This document shows, one piece after another, positions 29,999 through 38,548 of a DNA stretch of 64,000 nt. A model generated the notes under the pieces. That model saw only the letters and a program-made list of their open reading frames with translations. It had not been told where the DNA came from and searched no databases. Made by a program: the position numbers and the translations under genes. Positions within the stretch are counted from its first letter, which is position 1, and every line of letters starts with the position of its first letter. The stretch spans positions 27,569 through 91,568 of the forward strand of contig JABIRX010000015.1 in the NCBI GenBank assembly GCA_018667735.1. The letters run 5' to 3'. Source of the stretch: Alphaproteobacteria bacterium. GTDB lineage: Bacteria; Pseudomonadota; Alphaproteobacteria; Rickettsiales; JABIRX01.

Positions 29999-31054
29999 AT
30001 GCAATCTTTAAATAATATTTTAGCCAAATACTCATTTGAATTAGAGCTATCATTAATAGTAGCTCTGTTTTTTTTAGCTAAAATCATTTTAGCTAAATTT
30101 TTCAGTTTTATGCAAAATAAGGCTAAAAAAACTAATATTGTTTGGGATGATATAATTGCGTATGCTATAGAAAAGCCAGCAAAAATATTCATATTATTAA
30201 TAACTACAACCTATTTAGCCGAAGCTGTTAGTAATAAATTAGATATTAACATTAGTGCAATTTTAACTCATGTTAGAGAGTTAGCTACAATTTACGCTAT
30301 AGCTCATTTTTCTTTAACATTTTTAAATAAATTAGAAGATATATATATTGAAGGTGCAAAAGCAAGCTCTGATAAAGCCACTGCGATCAACGCTATTATT
30401 AAGCTGGTTAAAGTAACTGTATATTTAGCAACTTCTCTTATTATAGTACAAAGCTTTGGTCTTAACATAAATGGTGTGCTAGCATTAGGTGGTGTAAGTG
30501 GTATAGCCGTAGGTTTTGCCGCTAAAGATTTATTAGCCAATTTTTTTGGGGCATTAATGATTTATTTAGATAAGCCTTTTAAAATCGGTGATTGGGTTAG
30601 GTCGTCAGATAAAGAAATAGAAGGTATAGTAGAAGCTATAGGTTGGCGTCAAACTAGAATAAGAAATTTTAACAAAAGACCTATTTATGTGCCTAATTCA
30701 GTTTTTGCTACTATCGCTGTAGAAAACCCTTCCAGAATGTCACATCGCAGAATAGATGAAAGAATTGGTATTAGATATGATGATTTTAACAAAACCAAAA
30801 ATATTGTTAATGAAATTAAAGAATTTATTTTAGCTCATCCAAAAATTGATAATGAACAAATTTTAATCGTCAATTTTGACAGGTTTGCAGATTCTGCCTT
30901 AGAAATAAAAGTTTTATGCATGGTAACAGAAACAGATTCTCAAATTTTTTCTGCAATAAAGGAAGAATTATTGTTGAAAATAGGTGAGATAATAGAGAAT
31001 CAGCAAGCAGATATTGCTTATCCAACTATGACTTTAAAACAAATAAAAGCTTAG
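29999..31054 (+). CDS. Small-conductance mechanosensitive channel (MscS family)
   Basis: 351 aa with N-terminal TM helices. The MscS core reads GGVSGIAVGFAAKDLLANFFGALMIYLDKPFKIGDWV...EGIVEAIGWRQTRIRNF. Confidence 0.85.
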   Translation: MQSLNNILAKYSFELELSLIVALFFLAKIILAKFFSFMQNKAKKTNIVWDDIIAYAIEKPAKIFILLITTTYLAEAVSNKLDINISAILTHVRELATIYAIAHFSLTFLNKLEDIYIEGAKASSDKATAINAIIKLVKVTVYLATSLIIVQSFGLNINGVLALGGVSGIAVGFAAKDLLANFFGALMIYLDKPFKIGDWVRSSDKEIEGIVEAIGWRQTRIRNFNKRPIYVPNSVFATIAVENPSRMSHRRIDERIGIRYDDFNKTKNIVNEIKEFILAHPKIDNEQILIVNFDRFADSALEIKVLCMVTETDSQIFSAIKEELLLKIGEIIENQQADIAYPTMTLKQIKA

Positions 31055-31412
31055 CTTTTTTCATTAGAACAAATTAGACCTGATGCTAATTAGTGAATGA
31101 ATTTAATATTAATTTTTTGATTTATTCGCAAATTAAACTTTAGAAATGAAAATCTACACTTAATAATAAATATATTAACAATTTTTTCAACATAAGTGGA
31201 GTTCTGGTAAAATAAGCCAGATTAAAAGAAGTTGGCTAAAAGATATTGTGTCTTTAGCTATAACTTTAGAGCTAGTTAATTTTGTTCTAATAACTTTGTA
31301 AATTCTATATGCCAGAAAGTTACTTTATAAATATCTCATAAATATAATTTATTTAGCAAATATTTCTTGTAATGATAAGGTTAAAATATGATTTTTATGA
31401 TGCTGCTTAAAT

Positions 31413-31438
31413 AAAAAAAGCCCACTTAAACAGTGGGC
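31413..31438 (-). terminator. Rho-independent terminator of the OMP gene
   Basis: On the minus strand, gcccact-gttta-agtgggc is followed by T7. It begins about 28 nt downstream of the stop at 31466. Confidence 0.6.
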
Positions 31439-31465
31439 CCATGAATTTTATGTGTGTTAAATAAT

Positions 31466-32284
31466 TTAGAATCTATATTTCAATGCTAAAATGGCAGTAT
31501 GAATATCATTTGTTACTCTATCATCTTGCTGTGCATATGATAAAGTAAGTAATGAATTTTTATGAATGTTATAGTTAATTGCTGTTTTTAATTCCGAAAT
31601 ATTATCTACTAACATTCTACTTGCAGACACATCTATGGAGATTAGTGCATTTAGTTTATATTGCGCATCAAAAATTAAGCTGAAATCAGAAGAAGATTGT
31701 AGTTCTGAGCTAATTTCAGTTGTAGCATTCTTGCTTTGACCTTTAGCATTATAAGCAGATTTAGCGGTTAATTTGTAACTTAGCATGTCGAAATTTCGGC
31801 CATAATCTACTGCAATTGCATAAGCATTTTGTCCATTTGCAACCGTACCATTGTCAGTTGAGGTAGCATCTTTTGCTGTAATAATGTCTGGTGCAATAGA
31901 AAAAGTTATATCAGAGAAAAAACCATCGCTTTTTTTATTTGCAGTTCTAAATTTTAATTCAATCTCAGGATTGTTAAAACCATCAGATTTTAGCGTAGAG
32001 CTAGAGCTTTTTTCTTTTTCATCCTCATGAGTTAAAGATAATTTTGCTGATAATCTATCGGTCACCCCGTAATTGAATATTTGTGTAATACTAGATGAAG
32101 TGGTTTTTGTGTTTTGAGTACTGTATTCATAATCTGTGTAGCTAGTAGTTAAAATCATGTCGTCACTAGAGGGCTTCAAAAACAAGCTATCTAGAGTTTG
32201 AGCGGAATGATTATTTGCATATGTAGCGGCGGATAAAGTTAGAGTAGTTGCTAAAATTGAAGAAAAAAGAAAAGTTTTTTTCAT
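31466..32284 (-). CDS. Outer-membrane beta-barrel protein (porin-like)
   Basis: Signal peptide MKKTFLFSSILATTLTLSAATYA. Alternating hydrophobic pattern and S/T/N-rich loops. C-terminal ...ALKYRF with a terminal Phe, typical of BAM substrates. Confidence 0.6.
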   Translation of the reverse strand: MKKTFLFSSILATTLTLSAATYANNHSAQTLDSLFLKPSSDDMILTTSYTDYEYSTQNTKTTSSSITQIFNYGVTDRLSAKLSLTHEDEKEKSSSSTLKSDGFNNPEIELKFRTANKKSDGFFSDITFSIAPDIITAKDATSTDNGTVANGQNAYAIAVDYGRNFDMLSYKLTAKSAYNAKGQSKNATTEISSELQSSSDFSLIFDAQYKLNALISIDVSASRMLVDNISELKTAINYNIHKNSLLTLSYAQQDDRVTNDIHTAILALKYRF

Positions 32285-32369
32285 GTGATAACCTAAAAAT
32301 ATTATATATTTTCAATATCATATTAAGTTAGCAAGTCAAGCTAGACATAATGTGTAGTTTAGATTAATT

Positions 32370-32639
32370 TTAGAAGAGTTCTTCAGTATTATCACTGGTG
32401 CTGTTTTTGTTTTTTCTGCCAGATTTACCATTTTTCTCAATAAATCCATCAACTTTATCTACAATTATATTTTGTAAACCAAATATTTGCTCTTTATAAG
32501 GTAAATTAACTTTTGGGTGATTTTTATCCATATAATCATAGCCAATAGCAATTAGTAATATTGCGCCGCCCATATAAACAAAAAACATCAACTTAAATAA
32601 ACCAAACATTAAATCCTCAAAATTAGTTACTAATAACAT
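32370..32639 (-). CDS. Hypothetical small membrane protein
   Basis: One clear TM helix (LMFFVYMGGAILLIAIGY). No family recognised. The start could be the internal Met at 32609. Confidence 0.35.
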   Translation of the reverse strand: MLLVTNFEDLMFGLFKLMFFVYMGGAILLIAIGYDYMDKNHPKVNLPYKEQIFGLQNIIVDKVDGFIEKNGKSGRKNKNSTSDNTEELF

Positions 32640-32771
32640 ATATTAGTCTTTTTTTATTACCATGTAAAATTCTTTATTAAAACTCATATAATTAAATCTA
32701 ATTCTCAGCAAATCTTTATCTTAGTATTATTTAGGTAGTTTTCTGATTTTAACAGAAATTATTTAGCTAAA

Positions 32772-34517
32772 ATGCTTGAAATGTTTTTTTATAAAGTTTT
32801 TTTATTGCTATGTAGTAAAGTTAAAATTAGATTTAAACATATAATAAAAACTTCTAAAGAATTAATGCATATGATCGAAATATTAGTTGGAGAAAATCAG
32901 CATCAATTATCTATAAAACAATTAAAAGATTTATTTCTAGGGTTAACCACGGCCGGCGCCAGAATAAAAAGAGATCTGCAAGATATATCTGATGAGATTG
33001 CCTTGTTAGATAATTTGGATTATTTGAAGTTAAGAATATTAATATCTCTAGAATTATTAAAGCTTAATTTAAGTGAAAAAGAACTTTTCAATATTACATT
33101 TAATTTAATTATTTTAAATGACGAAATAAAGAAGTTAGATGTAAGTGCTATTAAGCAGAATAATTTAATTATTAATTTATCACAAGAGTTTAGAGCTTTA
33201 AAGGAGCTTAAAATATATTTTAAATTTATTTATTTTATTATAAAGCAAAGTAAAAAACATCACTATGACCCACAATATATAATTCTACTTTACTATTTTC
33301 GCAAAGATATAGTTTTGCAGTTAAAGCAAAAAAAATCTATTTTTGAAAAATTTAAGCAGGATAGTAAAATCGAGTCAGATGAAGATATGGTTATGATTCT
33401 CTTAAAACTTGGCTATAAATTAGATGAAGCCTTAGAGATAGTTGCTTCAGAATCTGGTAAAAACTTTTCTTTAATTGCAAATCAATTAATAAAAGCTGGG
33501 GCTAATCCTAATCTTGCTTTGTTAAAAGTAATCGTCAGAGGTGATGTGCAATTTCTGAAATTACTTTCAAATTTTAAGCTAGATTATAATAATAAAGATA
33601 AGCATGGTGATACATTATTATCTTTAGCAGTGGAAAGAGGTGATGCAATATCTACATGTTTGTTAATAGATAATGGAGCAGATATTAATTTAGCAAATAA
33701 TGATCAAGAAACACCATTAATAAAAGCTTGTAAAAGAGATGATTCAGTGATAGCAGCATTATTGATTAATAAGGGTGCAAATTTAAATTTAGTTGATAGC
33801 AGGGGTGGTACAGCACTTTTATATGCAATAGAAAAAGCGGACAAAGTTTTGATATCAATACTGCTAGAATATAAAGCAGATTATCAATCAATCTCATTAT
33901 ATTATAAGCAAGGTATGAGAGAAAAGAGAATTGCCTATATAAAATTATTAATAGAATTAAATCATTTAACTAAAGAAGATTATTTAGTAATTCTTACAAA
34001 GAATATATTAGATCAAGATATGCATGAGCAATATATCAAGGAATATAATATAGCAAAGGAAAATCTTGCTACAAAAAATAATTACCATGGTATAGTTACT
34101 CCTGCAAGTGAAGAAACATCTGAAGCTAAGATAAATGAACAGAAACAAGCTAAATTCATTATTTCATTAATAAAAAATGATATAGCAGCAATTAAAACTC
34201 AAATTACAGATAATGATATATCCTTATCTATAACGAATGTTGGTGATTTACAGCATTCAGATTTAATGCATATAGTATCATATTACGGTCATTTAGAAAT
34301 AGCTAAATTGTTTTTAACTAAGAATATTTCTATAGACTTACCTGACTCTGAAGGAAATACACCTATTTTTCTTGCTGTAATTAATAATAATTTAGCTTTG
34401 TTTAGAATGCTTCTAGAAGATGGTGCAAACATACATTATGCTAATAATCATGGTATATCGACTTTTGATTATATCAAAGTGCAAGATTTAACTGAATATT
34501 ATAATTTGATTAAATAA
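32772..34517 (+). CDS. Ankyrin-repeat protein
   Basis: ANK consensus appears in two blocks. Block one: DKHGDTLLSLAVERGDAISTCLLIDNGADINLANNDQETPLIKACKRDD...LINKGANLNL.DSRGGTALLYAIEKAD. Block two is C-terminal: ...YYGHLEIAKLFL...DSEGNTPIFLAVINNNLALFRMLLEDGANI. The N-terminal ~230 aa are unassigned. The start is uncertain; Met residues at 32772 and about 90 nt downstream are both possible. Confidence 0.85.
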   Translation: MLEMFFYKVFLLLCSKVKIRFKHIIKTSKELMHMIEILVGENQHQLSIKQLKDLFLGLTTAGARIKRDLQDISDEIALLDNLDYLKLRILISLELLKLNLSEKELFNITFNLIILNDEIKKLDVSAIKQNNLIINLSQEFRALKELKIYFKFIYFIIKQSKKHHYDPQYIILLYYFRKDIVLQLKQKKSIFEKFKQDSKIESDEDMVMILLKLGYKLDEALEIVASESGKNFSLIANQLIKAGANPNLALLKVIVRGDVQFLKLLSNFKLDYNNKDKHGDTLLSLAVERGDAISTCLLIDNGADINLANNDQETPLIKACKRDDSVIAALLINKGANLNLVDSRGGTALLYAIEKADKVLISILLEYKADYQSISLYYKQGMREKRIAYIKLLIELNHLTKEDYLVILTKNILDQDMHEQYIKEYNIAKENLATKNNYHGIVTPASEETSEAKINEQKQAKFIISLIKNDIAAIKTQITDNDISLSITNVGDLQHSDLMHIVSYYGHLEIAKLFLTKNISIDLPDSEGNTPIFLAVINNNLALFRMLLEDGANIHYANNHGISTFDYIKVQDLTEYYNLIK

Positions 34518-34521
34518 GCAT

Positions 34522-35112
34522 ATGGAAAACGATATTGGGTATGCAATATATTATATTGTATTTTTATTGTTATTATGCAGTGCTATATTAAATTTTAATA
34601 GATCTAAAAGAAAACAGCTTTTAAAATATTTGGCTATATGGCTAGGTATTTTTCTTTTGTTAATCTCAGCCTATAGTTTTAAAGATATTATGCTAAATAA
34701 TCAGATTGTGGCTAATTTGAAATCTAATCATGGTGTAGTTTATAACAATAAAATAAAATATTTTATGGCAGATGATGGTCATTTTTATTTAAATGCTAAA
34801 TTAAATAATAAAACTATTGAGTTTCTTGTCGATACAGGTGCAACAGATATAATGATTACTAGAAATGATGCAAGATTACTAGGCATTAATATGGATGAAT
34901 TACGCTTTAATCGCGTTTATATGACGGCAAATGGACCTATTAAATGTGCCACCTATTTAATTGAAGAGATCAAAATAAAAGATTTTATAGTAAAAGATAT
35001 ATATGTGACAATAAATCCTAATAATTCGGGTAAATCTCTATTAGGTATGAGATTTTTACAGCTTTTTGAGAAATATGAAGTTAGAAATAACATCTTAACT
35101 CTATATAAATAA
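34522..35112 (+). CDS. Membrane-anchored retropepsin-like (clan AA) aspartic protease
   Basis: Two N-terminal TM helices, then HFYLNAKLNNKTIEFLVDTGATDIMI (a D-T-G-A active-site motif) and ...SLLGMRFL. The architecture matches the TIGR02281 / Rickettsia APRc-type family. Confidence 0.8.
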   Translation: MENDIGYAIYYIVFLLLLCSAILNFNRSKRKQLLKYLAIWLGIFLLLISAYSFKDIMLNNQIVANLKSNHGVVYNNKIKYFMADDGHFYLNAKLNNKTIEFLVDTGATDIMITRNDARLLGINMDELRFNRVYMTANGPIKCATYLIEEIKIKDFIVKDIYVTINPNNSGKSLLGMRFLQLFEKYEVRNNILTLYK

Positions 35113-35113
35113 A

Positions 35114-36373
35114 ATGGATGATATTATTAAGCTGAAGATAGAAGATCTTGGGGCATCAGCAGACGGCGTTGCAATTGTTGATGATAAAAAATACTATGTT
35201 CCCTTCAGCCTAGCAGGAGAAGAGGTTTTAGTGGAAAAAACCAATAACAGGAAAAAACCTAATCATTATAAATTAATAGAGTTGCAAAAAAAAGCTAAAA
35301 ATAGAATTGAGCCATTTTGTGATAAATTCGCAAAATGTGGTGGATGTTCCATTCAGCATTTGGAAGTAGACTCATATAAAGCTTGGAAGAGTAACATCTT
35401 AGCAGTAGCATTAAAATATCAAAATATAGACACAAGTTTAAATCCCTTAAAAATAGTTGAACAGGGAAGTAGGAGACGTATTTCAATTTCGTATGAGAAT
35501 TTTAAGGGAAATATAGAATTTGGTTTTTATGAAAAATTTTCTAGGCGTATAGTTGATATAGAAAATTGTCCATTATTGATAAAAGATTTAAATGATTTAT
35601 TAATTCCAATAAGAGAGTTGTTAAAAGAAATTACTACGCCAAGAGATAGTGGTCATTTTATGATTAGTAAAACTGATATTGGTATAGATTTAGCCTTTTG
35701 TCCTAGAAAAAAACCTGATCTTTCTGCAGTAAGCCAACCTTTTGTTGAGTTTGCTAATAAATATGATATCGCAAGAATTACTCGGGCGGGAAAAGAATTA
35801 ATTATAGAAAGATATAAACCACAAGTTCAATTTGCCAAAACCTATATTGATTTCCCATCTGGTGCTTTTTTACAGCCCAGTAAAGCGGGTGAATTATTGT
35901 TACTTGCAGAAATTATAGGGAAGATAAAAAAGTATAATTTAAAAACAAAAAAGATTTTAGATTTGTGTTGTGGGCTAGGTACTTTTTCATTACCTTTGAG
36001 TGAATATGGCTTTGTTAAAGCTATAGATGTTTTTGGGGCATCCATAACATCTTTAAAAAGTCATTCAAATATTGGCTTAGAAGTTGAAGAACGAAATTTA
36101 TTCACTAATCCACTTGTGAAGCACGAAATAGATGGTTTTGATTTAGCCGTGATTAACCCACCAAGATGTGGAGCTGAGCAGCAAGTAAATAATCTCGCAG
36201 CAAGTAAAATAAGTAATGTGATTTATATTTCTTGTGATGTTAAAACTTTTGCACATGATGCAAAAATTATGCTAAATAATGGTTATCAGCTTTTAGAGGT
36301 AACTCCAGTTGATCAATTTCCATACACTAACCATTTAGAAGTAGTTGGACATTTTTCTTGTGAAAAAAAATAA
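35114..36373 (+). CDS. RumA/RlmD-family RNA (uracil-5)-methyltransferase
   Basis: N-terminal TRAM-like beta domain. Cys cluster CDKFAKCGGCSIQH for a 4Fe-4S centre. SAM motif LDLCCGLGTFSL. The catalytic region reads NPPRCG...YISCD. Confidence 0.8.
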   Translation: MDDIIKLKIEDLGASADGVAIVDDKKYYVPFSLAGEEVLVEKTNNRKKPNHYKLIELQKKAKNRIEPFCDKFAKCGGCSIQHLEVDSYKAWKSNILAVALKYQNIDTSLNPLKIVEQGSRRRISISYENFKGNIEFGFYEKFSRRIVDIENCPLLIKDLNDLLIPIRELLKEITTPRDSGHFMISKTDIGIDLAFCPRKKPDLSAVSQPFVEFANKYDIARITRAGKELIIERYKPQVQFAKTYIDFPSGAFLQPSKAGELLLLAEIIGKIKKYNLKTKKILDLCCGLGTFSLPLSEYGFVKAIDVFGASITSLKSHSNIGLEVEERNLFTNPLVKHEIDGFDLAVINPPRCGAEQQVNNLAASKISNVIYISCDVKTFAHDAKIMLNNGYQLLEVTPVDQFPYTNHLEVVGHFSCEKK

Positions 36374-36401
36374 CAATACTAATGTATGAAATATATAAAT
36401 G

Positions 36402-36477
36402 GGGCAATTAGCTCAGTTGGTAGAGCAACTGACTCTTAATCAGCAGGTCCAGGGTTCGAATCCCTGATTGCCCACCA
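36402..36477 (+). tRNA. tRNA-Lys (anticodon CUU), CCA encoded
   Basis: gggcaattagctcagttggtagagcaactgaCTCTTAAtcagcaggtccagggttcgaatccctgattgcccacca. A hand-folded cloverleaf gives acceptor gggcaat/attgccc. Confidence 0.9.
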
Positions 36478-36515
36478 TTTATATTGTAAAAGCTAAAACA
36501 AGGGGTAAATCCACT

Positions 36516-37253
36516 ATGAAAATTGCAATTTTAATTCCAGCAAGGTTAGGTTCAACCAGATTTCCTAATAAACCTTTAGCAGATATTAAAGGGAAAACCA
36601 TGATTGAGCGTGTGTGTTTGCAAGCTAAGCAAACCAATCATGAGCTTATTTATGTTGCTTGCTCTGAATTGGAAACAAAAAATATAGTAGAGAAATCTGG
36701 TTTTAGAGCAGTTATGACCGATCCTAATTTGCCATCTGGAACAGATAGAATATATCAAGCATTATTAGAAATAGAAAAAGAACAAGAAGTTGATGTTATT
36801 GTAAATTTACAAGGTGATTTACCTGATATTAAACCAGAAGTAATATCCAAAACTGTTAACGCTTTAATTAATAATAAAGGATTTGATATAGCTACAGCTG
36901 TAGTTGAAATAAAAGAAAAACATCAAGAAGATGATCCAAATGTTGTAAAAGCAGTAGTAAATTTCTCAAATGAAGCAGAGTTTGCTGAAGCTCATTACTT
37001 CTCTAGAGCTAAAGTTCCATATAACGCCCCTAAATTTTATGAACATATAGGCATCTATGCCTATCATAGAGATGCAATTGAAAAATTTGTCAATCTTGCG
37101 GAATCTAACTTAGAAAAAGCTGAAAAATTAGAACAATTAAGAGCTATAGATAATGGGATGAAAATCATTGCTACATTAGTCCCACATGAACAAAAACCTA
37201 TTTCTATTGATACTAAAGAGGATTTAGAGCTCTTATTAAGAAAAATATCTTAA
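36516..37253 (+). CDS. kdsB: 3-deoxy-manno-octulosonate cytidylyltransferase (CMP-KDO synthetase)
   Basis: MKIAILIPARLGSTRFPNKPLADIKGKTMI, NLQGDLP and the C-terminal EQLRAIDNG are KdsB motifs. The ATG at 36516 has aagggg 10 nt upstream. The ORF-track start at 36468 lies inside the tRNA. Confidence 0.92.
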   Translation: MKIAILIPARLGSTRFPNKPLADIKGKTMIERVCLQAKQTNHELIYVACSELETKNIVEKSGFRAVMTDPNLPSGTDRIYQALLEIEKEQEVDVIVNLQGDLPDIKPEVISKTVNALINNKGFDIATAVVEIKEKHQEDDPNVVKAVVNFSNEAEFAEAHYFSRAKVPYNAPKFYEHIGIYAYHRDAIEKFVNLAESNLEKAEKLEQLRAIDNGMKIIATLVPHEQKPISIDTKEDLELLLRKIS

Positions 37254-38530
37254 TCAGTTATTTTTTCTATTCTGACTAATTTTAACTTAGTAATTTGGTT
37301 TTTGTAACGTTCTACTACCGTGAATTCAAAATCAAAAAACTCGAATTTCTCCCCACGATCAGGTATTCTCTCGCATGATTTTATTAAAAGCCCAGCAATA
37401 GTAGAGACATCTTCTTCGGGCAGGTCCAGGTCTAAATCTCTATTTATATCTCTTATTGTAGTATCTCCATCAACAATATATGTGTTGTCTTGAATCTTTT
37501 TGTAAGTTTTTTCAGAGCCCTTATCATGCTCATCTTTTATATCTCCTACTATTTCTTCTAAAATATCTTCTAAGGTTACAACCCCCATCACAGAACCATA
37601 TTCATCCACTACTATAGCAAAATGATTTCTTCTTGTTTTAAAAGCTAATAATTGTTCTCGTAGAGTTGTTGTTTCTGGGATAAACCAAGGTTTAGATGCT
37701 ATTTTAAGAAAGTCTATTTCTTTGATTTTTCTGGTAGAATAGATTGTGGTTTTTAATACATCTTTTGCATGCAGAATACCCACAATATTATCTTTTTCTT
37801 CACGCCATAAAGGTATTCTAGTATATGGCGCTTTAGAGATGTTTTCTAAAATATTATTACTAGCATCACTAGCATTTACAGTGAACATGTTTTTTCGGTG
37901 TGTCATTACACTAGACACTTCTGTTTCTGCTAAATCTAAAATACTATCAAGCATGTCCTTATCTTGTTTAAGTACACCTCCTTCCTTGTGATGCAACTCT
38001 ATAGTACCTCTTAATTCCTCTATAGCAGATATTAAATCATGCTCTTTGCTTTTCTTGTTGATACCCATTAAATCTAGTAATAAATTTACAATAAACTCAA
38101 TAATAAGAGATATGGGTCTAAATAATTTTACAAGTAAGCGTAAGATTACAGATGCAAAAAGGGATACTTTCTCTGCATTAAATAAAGCATAAGTTTTTGG
38201 TAAAATCTCAGCAAAAATCACTAAACATATAGTCATAACTATAGTTGCATAGATAACTCCTTTTTGCCCAAAATAATTTATAAATATCATTGTAGCAAGA
38301 GCAGATCCCATAGTGTTGACAAGGTTATTACCTATTAAAATGGTGCTTAACAAATTCTCTTTTTTTTCTCTTAATTGATGAACATATAATGCTCTTTTAT
38401 TGCCTTTTTGCATTAATTTATGGATTTTGGCTCTAGATAATGCAGTTAGTGCAGTTTCAGAACTTGAAAAAAAAGCTGAGAGAATAATCAGGAGAAAGAT
38501 GATTAAAATCATTATTAATTCAGGAGACAT
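37250..38530 (-). CDS. tlyC: Hemolysin-family protein (TlyC/CNNM type: DUF21 + CBS pair + CorC_HlyC)
   Basis: 426 aa. Four N-terminal TM helices with FFSSSETALT, then a CBS pair (VMTHRKNM...IPLWRE..DNIVGILHAKD; AIVVDEYGSVMGVVTLEDILEEIVG), then a C-terminal transporter-associated domain. Confidence 0.85.
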   Translation of the reverse strand: MSPELIMILIIFLLIILSAFFSSSETALTALSRAKIHKLMQKGNKRALYVHQLREKKENLLSTILIGNNLVNTMGSALATMIFINYFGQKGVIYATIVMTICLVIFAEILPKTYALFNAEKVSLFASVILRLLVKLFRPISLIIEFIVNLLLDLMGINKKSKEHDLISAIEELRGTIELHHKEGGVLKQDKDMLDSILDLAETEVSSVMTHRKNMFTVNASDASNNILENISKAPYTRIPLWREEKDNIVGILHAKDVLKTTIYSTRKIKEIDFLKIASKPWFIPETTTLREQLLAFKTRRNHFAIVVDEYGSVMGVVTLEDILEEIVGDIKDEHDKGSEKTYKKIQDNTYIVDGDTTIRDINRDLDLDLPEEDVSTIAGLLIKSCERIPDRGEKFEFFDFEFTVVERYKNQITKLKLVRIEKITD

Positions 38531-38548
38531 ATATTTAGCTTAAATAAA

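Noticed and set aside
31045-31061. Short hairpin aaaagc-tta-gctttt plus a T-run overlapping the MscS-family stop codon, as a terminator
   Set aside because: The stem is only 6 bp and mostly A/T, so it is too weak to call with confidence.
36468-36515. Upstream extension of kdsB in the ORF track
   Set aside because: It starts inside tRNA-Lys(CUU). The conserved KdsB N terminus begins at the ATG at 36516, which has a purine-rich RBS upstream.
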